From: a virus
Taxonomy: Duplodnaviria; Caudoviricetes
DNA: 32,553 nt
Reading direction: 5' to 3' (one strand)
IMG/VR virus record: IMGVR_UViG_3300015203_000022
Span: 1 to 32,553 of that record
In this document: positions 19,199 through 25,026 of the stretch, in pieces
Position numbering within the stretch: the first letter of the stretch is position 1
How the letters are laid out: every line of letters starts with the position of its first letter
Translations under genes and position numbers: made by a program
The notes under the pieces: generated by a model
What the model saw: the letters and a program-made list of their open reading frames with translations, nothing else
Databases searched by the model: none
What the model was told of the DNA's origin: nothing

Positions 19199-20143
19199 TC
19201 AAGTTATGTCGTGTTCGTTAAAGCCTTTGGTCCACGCTTCCTTATCTTCCACGGTCCAGCAGGGATTATCCATGATCGACTGCCTTTCCTGTCGGGCTTT
19301 CGCTCCGTAATCGTAAAGTTTTTTCAGGCGTAAGTGCTTCTCCAACGGCGTCTCCGGGGGAAACGCGTCATCATGATTGACCACCACCGCGTGCGTCACA
19401 GTTCGTAGAGGGGGCAGGCTGTTCGGATGTCTCGTCGGCGCTACTGCTGCCGGCTGTGCGCCAGCCTGCGGCCTCTTGCGGTCGCTCCCCAACTTCTCTC
19501 CGGTCAACCGCTTCTGCGTGCTCGCCAGGACGCTGAGCATGTTCATGTAGCTGGAGAACATCACCCGCCCCTGCTTCCACAAGTGGTCGAACGCTTCGTC
19601 GCGGTTGTCGAGCTTGAACCAGCGATTGCTGTACACACTCGCCGGCACCACCGGGCCGCCGGGGTCGGCCTGAACGCTGACCACCTGCCCCTTCTCGTTC
19701 ACCTCCACCGCCCAGCCCAAGTGCCCGCCCTTTGTGGACGGCATGCTGCACGCTACGCGGCCACCGGCCACGGCGGGCTGCTTCGGCTCGTTGAAGTGCC
19801 TGCGTGCGCCCCAGGCGTTGATCTGACCGTCCACGAGAGGCTTTTTCGTCTTGCCGAACATGTCCGACCAAGGCCGCCACCGCTCAAGTCGTCCGGCCAG
19901 CGCCAGACTTGTCACCAACCACGCCACGTTGTCGGCGTCACCCGCTCGGCAGATCACCGCCTCCACCCCCTCACCGCTCGGTATCAAACCGCCGCCGAAC
20001 ATCGGCTCGGTCGGATATCCCTCCAAGAACCACTGATCCTCCAAGGCATCGAGATCGCGCCACCAATCGCTGACAGGCCAGGATAATTCCCGAGCCAACT
20101 TCAACATGATGTTGATCTGTGAGTTGTTGAGGATTAAAGGCAT
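19199..20143 (-). CDS. Hypothetical protein with C-terminal Rmf/CrpP-like motif
   Basis: AAGGA RBS; C-terminus YDYGAKARQ...DNPCW...EAWTKGF. Confidence 0.6.
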   Translation of the reverse strand: MPLILNNSQINIMLKLARELSWPVSDWWRDLDALEDQWFLEGYPTEPMFGGGLIPSGEGVEAVICRAGDADNVAWLVTSLALAGRLERWRPWSDMFGKTKKPLVDGQINAWGARRHFNEPKQPAVAGGRVACSMPSTKGGHLGWAVEVNEKGQVVSVQADPGGPVVPASVYSNRWFKLDNRDEAFDHLWKQGRVMFSSYMNMLSVLASTQKRLTGEKLGSDRKRPQAGAQPAAVAPTRHPNSLPPLRTVTHAVVVNHDDAFPPETPLEKHLRLKKLYDYGAKARQERQSIMDNPCWTVEDKEAWTKGFNEHDIT

Positions 20144-20179
20144 AGGGGTAGCTATCCTTTCTTAGTTTGTATTTTTTTA

Positions 20180-20208
20180 GGCTTATTCTTACCCCGATAG
20201 AATGTCAA
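20180..20208 (-). promoter_or_regulatory. sigma70-like promoter for the leftward arm
   Basis: TTGACA-N17-TAAGCC in an AT-rich tract upstream of 20143. Confidence 0.45.
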
Positions 20209-20590
20209 GCCTAGCTGAGCCGACCCCGACAGGGGTAGGTCTGCTAAGCGTAGCTTGCCATTAACATGAAAGAACACGCCTTCGTTCAGCGTCTAACCTT
20301 CTAAGCGGGGGTGGGTCTCCGGCTGTCGCCCCACCACGCTTTGTCAGTTCTGCGGAACAGGCTTGAGGACGCCAAGGACCGAGAGAGCCACCAAGTCCGA
20401 ACCTCCGTTCCGCTCCAAGGCCCCGGCACCAACGACCTCATCGGACGATCAGGCAGCCAGCCGGGCCTATCCATCGGCTGAAAGTGTGGGCGCGCGGCCC
20501 TTCAGGCTGTGCTGGGCGGGTTTTGAGGGCTTGGAGGGGTTCGGACACCTGCCCATGGCCTTGGAGGCGTCTAGCGGGCGCACAGGCGGG

Positions 20591-20728
20591 TTGGCCAGGG
20601 AAGGAAGGGCGCTGGGCCGCGAGGACTTGACGTTGTTGTGGGCGTCAAGTCGGTTTGGACAGGGAAGGAAGGGCGCTGGGCCGCGAGGACTTGACGTTGT
20701 TGTGGGCGTCAAGTCGGTTTGGCCAGGG
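20591..20728. repeat. 64-bp tandem duplication (2 copies plus 10 bp), each with a GACTTGACG/CGTCAAGTC palindrome
   Basis: 20591-20654 and 20655-20718 differ at one base. Confidence 0.9.
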
Positions 20729-20910
20729 TTTGTGCTCTACAACATTCGACCTCGGCGTTTTCAGGTTGTGCGTGGGAACAACTTGGTGCTCGGCGGCGGT
20801 GCGTGTTGACGTGAACACAAAATGGTTTGGAATTTTTTGGGGGCCAGAAGCGATGGGTGCCCCGGTCCCCACCCCTTTCGCGACCCATCGGCTCGGCGGC
20901 TGCCCTGGCC

Positions 20911-20974
20911 GGCGTTACGTAGGGACATGCTGGCGTAGCGACGTGGCGACGTAGCGACATCACTACGTAACGCC
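20911..20974. repeat. 12-bp perfect inverted repeat enclosing three tandem 8-bp repeats
   Basis: GGCGTTACGTAG (20911-22) and CTACGTAACGCC (20963-74); inside CGTAGCGA-CGTGGCGA-CGTAGCGA. Confidence 0.85.
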
Positions 20975-21059
20975 ATAGACAACCGGCCGATTTGTCCGCC
21001 CCGGTCTGTCAGGTTTTGCAATCAGTTTGATCTAAACTATTGAAATCGTTCAATAAGCA

Positions 21060-21087
21060 TTGTCGCGTAAGAGGTAATATGGAAACA
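21060..21087 (+). other. dif-like XerC/XerD recombination site
   Basis: TTGTCGCGTAA-GAGGTA-ATATGGAAACA: 11-6-11 layout resembling the dif consensus (..TCGCATAA-N6-TTATG..AA). Confidence 0.6.
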
Positions 21088-21107
21088 GGGTGGATAATTC
21101 ACGCTAG

Positions 21108-21120
21108 AATCAAGGGTTTA
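21108..21120 (+). promoter_or_regulatory. IHF-binding consensus
   Basis: AATCAAGGGTTTA matches WATCAANNNNTTR exactly. A one-mismatch copy lies on the minus strand at 21033-21045. Confidence 0.5.
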
Positions 21121-21178
21121 GGGTGGGTTGCCCAGGGGGAGGCTTGACGGGAACGGGCTGGCGGATAGACGGTGCGGC

Positions 21179-21661
21179 ATGCCTGAGACCGCGCCGATAC
21201 CGCCCATTGCTGCCCGCCCGAAGCGGCCGTTGCGCGCGATAGATTGGGCCTTCTTTGACGCACGCGACAAGGCCCGCCGTCACGCGAAGGCTTGTCGAAA
21301 ATGGCTCTCCCCGCCACCCTACAACCTGACACACCCCCGCACCAACACAACAACACAACGTGTTGCAGACTTTTTCATGCCGTGGCGCGAATTTGAATAT
21401 CCGGGTAGACGCAAAGGCTTCACGGAATTATGCCGCGCGCGTTCGTGGCACACTGTCAGAGATTGGATTAGAGGTAGAAGCCCCATACCAGTCGCCACGG
21501 CCGAGCACCTCGCTACCCTGCTAGATGCCCGCGCCACGCTCGCCACCGCCCTAGCCGCCGAGCTTCGGGCCGAGGTGGCAGCCCGTCCCGTCAAGCCCGC
21601 TCCTGCCCGGCTGGCCAAGCTCAAGAGGATCGCCGAAGCCAATACGCCACGCCACGATTAA
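21179..21661 (+). CDS. Hypothetical basic protein with Cro-like HTH segment (start uncertain)
   Basis: FTELCRARSWHTVRDWIRGRSPIP resembles a recognition helix. Confidence 0.45.
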   Translation: MPETAPIPPIAARPKRPLRAIDWAFFDARDKARRHAKACRKWLSPPPYNLTHPRTNTTTQRVADFFMPWREFEYPGRRKGFTELCRARSWHTVRDWIRGRSPIPVATAEHLATLLDARATLATALAAELRAEVAARPVKPAPARLAKLKRIAEANTPRHD

Positions 21662-21744
21662 CCTGCCCCCGTGGCCTTCCAGCCCGAACCTGGTTTCCTG
21701 TTACATTTAGAAAAACTATGATACAAAATAGATTGAATTATCGC

Positions 21745-21773
21745 TTGACTTAGCGGATAGCCTGTCCTACGTT
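21745..21773 (+). promoter_or_regulatory. sigma70-like early promoter heading the repeat-punctuated gene array
   Basis: TTGACT-N17-TACGTT, preceded by an AT-rich UP-like tract (about 21700-21740). Confidence 0.65.
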
Positions 21774-21869
21774 GTGTTCACCGGAGACGCTCACCGGACC
21801 AAGCGACGCAAGGACGGTGCAAGCCCGGACACAGTGCCAGATTGGTAGCCATAGCAAGAGGAAGCGAGA

Positions 21870-22001
21870 ATGAAAACACGCAAAGACGATACGCTCAAAA
21901 CAGAATGGACGTTCCGTAACGTTACCTATTATTTCACGTATCCAGTCAGCCGAGAATGGGCGCGCTGGTATCTGAGAGAGCGGGAAGGTTACGAACTTTG
22001 A
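21870..22001 (+). CDS. 43-aa ORF (MKTRKDDTLKTEWTF...), possibly a truncated 58-codon gene
   Basis: GAGGA RBS. After TGA 21999 the same frame stays open to the TGA inside repeat copy 1 (22044). Confidence 0.5.
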   Translation: MKTRKDDTLKTEWTFRNVTYYFTYPVSREWARWYLREREGYEL

Positions 22002-22042
22002 CTGATAGCCTTTGCGCTTGAAAATGCCTGCAAGACGATATC

Positions 22043-22098
22043 CTGACAATCTCTTAACCCGCCAAGGCGCAAGCCTTGGCGCGTTAGGTGACTGCCAG
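22043..22098 (+). repeat. Intergenic hairpin element, copy 1
   Basis: CTGACAATCTCTTAAC-CCGCCAAGGC-GCAA-GCCTTGGCGC-GTTAGGTGACTGCCAG. Confidence 0.95.
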
Positions 22099-22119
22099 AC
22101 AACAACAGGGGAATGAACG

Positions 22120-22338
22120 ATGGCCAAACTGGACAATCACGACAAGGATACGCTCGAAGCTATGATTGACGGCGCGAGCGTGTGCGAAGTGCTCGCGGCA
22201 CTCGCCGAAATCTGCGACGGCAAGGCTGAGCATGTCCTGACCAATTGGCAAGATAAAGCCTTGGCGCGGGAATGGACCGCGACAAGCAAAGCCTTGACCA
22301 AGGCCGAACGCGCAATAGAGGCTCGGCCGTACGCCTGA
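22120..22338 (+). CDS. Small hypothetical early protein
   Basis: AGGGGA RBS; stop lies inside repeat copy 2. Confidence 0.8.
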   Translation: MAKLDNHDKDTLEAMIDGASVCEVLAALAEICDGKAEHVLTNWQDKALAREWTATSKALTKAERAIEARPYA

Positions 22339-22390
22339 CAATCGCTTAACCCGCCAAGGCGCAAGCCTTGGCGCGTTAGGTGACTGCCAG
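22335..22390 (+). repeat. Intergenic hairpin element, copy 2
   Basis: 22334-22408 matches 22042-22116 at 74 of 75 nt. Confidence 0.95.
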
Positions 22391-22410
22391 ACAACAACAG
22401 GGGAATGACA

Positions 22411-22905
22411 ATGAGCAAAAGCTATCCTGACAGCGTGCCCGTGGCCTATGCGTCGAAATACCTGTCCGACGCATACAAGAGCGGGTGGAACCATGGCCAC
22501 GGCATCGCCTGTCACAATGTGCCGACACTTGGCGAGAAACTGTTCAGCGACTCGCTTGGTCGCGTGACGGTCGATGCCGACAATATCCGCGAAGTTCATG
22601 CCGATAACTGCCATGCGGCATCGGACAATTCGCGGTCCTACTCGCCATTTGAGTTCACGGCGAAAGAGTTCAACGATCATGGCGATGGAGGTTTGTTTGT
22701 AATTGAGTATGGCGAAGCGCCTATTGGACCGTTTTACAGTGCGGAAGAGGCTCGCGCCGAGCATGGCGAGGATGCCGAGGTGGAAGAACTGCCATCGGCG
22801 GAGGAACTGTGGGAAGCCTTCAAGGCCGGCACGGCCGACGCGATATCCGCCGATCTGGCGGAATACGATGATGCCGACTATGGCATTGAAGAGGATGACG
22901 CCTGA
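22411..22905 (+). CDS. Highly acidic hypothetical early protein
   Basis: AGGGGA RBS (ATG at 22411 or 22405); D/E-rich; stop lies inside copy 3. Confidence 0.8.
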   Translation: MSKSYPDSVPVAYASKYLSDAYKSGWNHGHGIACHNVPTLGEKLFSDSLGRVTVDADNIREVHADNCHAASDNSRSYSPFEFTAKEFNDHGDGGLFVIEYGEAPIGPFYSAEEARAEHGEDAEVEELPSAEELWEAFKAGTADAISADLAEYDDADYGIEEDDA

Positions 22906-22956
22906 CACTCGTTTAATCACCTAGGCCCGTGGCCTAGGTGACTAGATGACTGCCAG
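22902..22956 (+). repeat. Intergenic hairpin element, copy 3
   Basis: CTGACACTCGTTTAA-TCACCTAGGCC-CGT-GGCCTAGGTGA-CTAGATGACTGCCAG. Confidence 0.9.
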
Positions 22957-22976
22957 ACAACACAAGGGGAAAGAAC

Positions 22977-23300
22977 ATGGTTTTGTTTAGTGTGACTTAT
23001 GAGATTGTCACGCCTGAAAGTGCCGAGGATGGTGACGCGGCAGAGCGCGGCTTTGTGGAACGCCATTGCAGCCTGCGGGATGCAATAGACGCGGTGCAAT
23101 CCACGCGTACAAGCCGAGTCGGCGGAGTGGAGTGCATTGAGTGCGACAGTTGGCCGACTGTCGATCCGCGCTGGATCACGGTTTACAACGGTATGGAATA
23201 CGAGACTGGCGCGCAAGAGTCGCGTTCTCTGCACATTCCGGCCAGCGTGACTGCATCTAGCGCGCGGCGGATTGCGCGCCTTGTAGGTGCCAGACTGTGA
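22977..23300 (+). CDS. Hypothetical early protein (VTYEIVTPESAEDGDAAERGF)
   Basis: AAGGGGA RBS; ORF track. Confidence 0.8.
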   Translation: MVLFSVTYEIVTPESAEDGDAAERGFVERHCSLRDAIDAVQSTRTSRVGGVECIECDSWPTVDPRWITVYNGMEYETGAQESRSLHIPASVTASSARRIARLVGARL

Positions 23301-23398
23301 AGCTCGTATCACTCGCGTTCGTTGCTGCCGCCCTGGCCTACGTGGTGCCGCAGATCATGGCGAGCTTTGAGACTGCAACGCGCCTGCTGGCGCATTAG
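23297..23398 (+). CDS. 33-aa hydrophobic peptide MKLVSLAFVAAALAYVVPQIMASFETATRLLAH
   Basis: GTGA overlap and AGGTG RBS; fills the gap. Confidence 0.5.
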   Translation: MKLVSLAFVAAALAYVVPQIMASFETATRLLAH

Positions 23399-23411
23399 AA
23401 GGGGAAACAAG

Positions 23412-23588
23412 ATGGACGCCAAACTAGAATCCCGGCCGTTGACGTTGGAAGAAAAGCAAACTCGCGTCACAACGGCCGAACGCGAGCTTGATAAAGCTAG
23501 CAAGCTCGGCAAGCCGCTTTGGGCGTGGCGTTCTGCATATGCTGAACTGCTGAACGCGCGGTCTAGTTTGCGCTGGCACGACGCTTGA
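23412..23588 (+). CDS. Small hypothetical early protein (58 aa)
   Basis: AAGGGGA RBS before ATG 23412; stop lies inside copy 4. Confidence 0.7.
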   Translation: MDAKLESRPLTLEEKQTRVTTAERELDKASKLGKPLWAWRSAYAELLNARSSLRWHDA

Positions 23589-23640
23589 CAATCCCTTAAC
23601 CGGCCACGCGCGACAGTGTGGCCGGATAGGTGACTGCCAG
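23585..23640 (+). repeat. Intergenic hairpin element, copy 4
   Basis: TTGACAATCCCTTAA-CCGGCCACGC-GCGACA-GTGTGGCCGG-ATAGGTGACTGCCAG. Confidence 0.95.
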
Positions 23641-23658
23641 ACAACAAGGGGAAAGCAC

Positions 23659-23925
23659 ATGACTGAGACATATCCGATTGAGACATGCTCTGCGGCCGCG
23701 TTGCCGTTATTGATAGACGCGCGGCGCTACCTCTACGCCCTGGCCGCGCCGAAAGCATCGCGACTCGAAGAGCGGATTACCGCAATCCTGGCAGATATTA
23801 TCTACTTGTCCAGTGATGTTGTGGCGTACGAGAACCGTTGGGGTGGCGACAGCGAGTTCCGCGCGCTGGCCGGCAAACTCGCCGACGCCACGGCGGAATA
23901 TGACAGGATCGGGAGGGGAGAATAA
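23659..23925 (+). CDS. Small hypothetical early protein
   Basis: AAGGGGA RBS; ORF track. Confidence 0.75.
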   Translation: MTETYPIETCSAAALPLLIDARRYLYALAAPKASRLEERITAILADIIYLSSDVVAYENRWGGDSEFRALAGKLADATAEYDRIGRGE

Positions 23926-23979
23926 CCAAGCCTTAACCTCCGCCAGCGTAGGCTTCACACGTAACCAAGGGGAATAACT

Positions 23980-24519
23980 ATGCGCGTTATCACAAGCCTC
24001 CCGCCGAAGGGCGAAAACTTCGCAGCCTATCAGCCGAAGGGCGCGACAGAACCGCTTCACTTTGATGTCACGTCCACCCTGGAAAAAGCCGCCGACAAGC
24101 CCGGGGGTCAGGACAAGTGGACGGTCACGGTCACGCAACGCGAATATGGCAACGTCGCGACGTTCGCCTATTCCACCGGGACGGGATTCCGCGCGGTGCG
24201 CGACGGCTGGGCAACCAAGCCCCTGCCGTTCCGTGCTAGCGTTTACGATTGGGAACGCTCGTTTACGGTGCGGCCGGATGCGGCCAGCGTCCTGTGCTCT
24301 CTCGGCAGTGACTATCAGTGCGCCGCTGACATGCCGCGTGGCAGTGCAGAAGCGATGGACTATCTGCAAGCCGAGTTTGGCCATGACGGTAAGGCGTCGG
24401 ACTTGCTGCGCATGGTGGAGTCCTTGCGTGAGAATGCCGACAAGACAGACCGTCTGCTGCGCAATACCGGCATCATCGGCAGTGAGTTTGCCGAATGGTG
24501 CCACGAGCTTGACGCCTGA
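23980..24519 (+). CDS. Hypothetical early protein
   Basis: AAGGGGA RBS; stop lies inside copy 5. Confidence 0.8.
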   Translation: MRVITSLPPKGENFAAYQPKGATEPLHFDVTSTLEKAADKPGGQDKWTVTVTQREYGNVATFAYSTGTGFRAVRDGWATKPLPFRASVYDWERSFTVRPDAASVLCSLGSDYQCAADMPRGSAEAMDYLQAEFGHDGKASDLLRMVESLRENADKTDRLLRNTGIIGSEFAEWCHELDA

Positions 24520-24570
24520 CAATCGCTTAACCCGGTGGCCTATACGGCCGCCGGGATAGGTGACTGCCAG
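24516..24570 (+). repeat. Intergenic hairpin element, copy 5
   Basis: CTGACAATCGCTTAA-CCCGGTGGCC-TATAC-GGCCGCCGGG-ATAGGTGACTGCCAG. Confidence 0.95.
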
Positions 24571-24592
24571 ACTATCAACAAGGGGAACAACC

Positions 24593-25003
24593 ATGACCGC
24601 CGAACAACTAGCCGAAGTAATCGCCGCGCATTTGGAGTGGCTGAAAGACGCCACGAAAGGAAGGCGGGCCGACCTGAGCGGGGCCAACCTGCGCTGGGCC
24701 AACCTGCGCGAGGCCAACCTGCGCTGGGCCAACCTGCGCGGGGCCGACCTGAGCGAGGCCTACCTGCGCGGGGCCGACCTGCGCGGGGCCAACCTGAGCG
24801 AGGCCAACCTGCGCGGGGCCAAGGCTTGTGTTGATGCTGGCCAGGACCGGCGCGGCTATCGTTTCGTCGGTATCCACCACGCGGACGGGTGGCGCATCGC
24901 GGCAGGATGCCGTTGGTTCACGCTCGCCGAAGCCCGCGCGCATTGGGCGAGCAATCCCGACGCACTGCGGCGCGTTGAATTGATCGCCGCGTCTGAGCCG
25001 TAA
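24593..25003 (+). CDS. Pentapeptide-repeat protein
   Basis: About ten A(D/N)L(R/S)x repeats (15-bp units, about 24668-24820); C-terminal [13 protein letters not shown] domain. Confidence 0.9.
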   Translation: MTAEQLAEVIAAHLEWLKDATKGRRADLSGANLRWANLREANLRWANLRGADLSEAYLRGADLRGANLSEANLRGAKACVDAGQDRRGYRFVGIHHADGWRIAAGCRWFTLAEARAHWASNPDALRRVELIAASEP

Positions 25004-25026
25004 CACTGAAATCAAGGGGAACAACC

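Noticed and set aside
20363-21021. ORFs in the switch region
   Set aside because: No clear RBS or recognisable motifs, and they cross the tandem repeats; probably non-coding.
21999-22001. Genome-wide TGA recoding
   Set aside because: TGA is the normal stop for most genes here, with many ATGA/GTGA overlaps.
23284-23296. TAGGTGCCAGACT as a truncated right arm of the element
   Set aside because: It lies in coding sequence, lacks the left arm, and is explained by the RBS of the 23297 ORF. A remnant cannot be fully excluded.
23585-23615. TTGACA in copy 4 as a promoter
   Set aside because: No -10 at 16-18 bp, and the other copies read CTGACA.
22043-24570. Five repeats read as a CRISPR array
   Set aside because: Intervening sequences are hundreds of bp long, unequal in length and protein-coding; no cas genes are seen.
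22043-24570. Repeats as canonical attC sites or intrinsic terminators
   Set aside because: The outer ends are GAC/GCC rather than AAC/GTT, the inner GTT is lost in copies 3-5, and no intI is in the window. There is no U-tract for termination. Kept only as attC-like.
24668-24820. 15-bp repeats as a DGR or regulatory repeat
   Set aside because: Fully explained by pentapeptide coding; no reverse transcriptase is seen.
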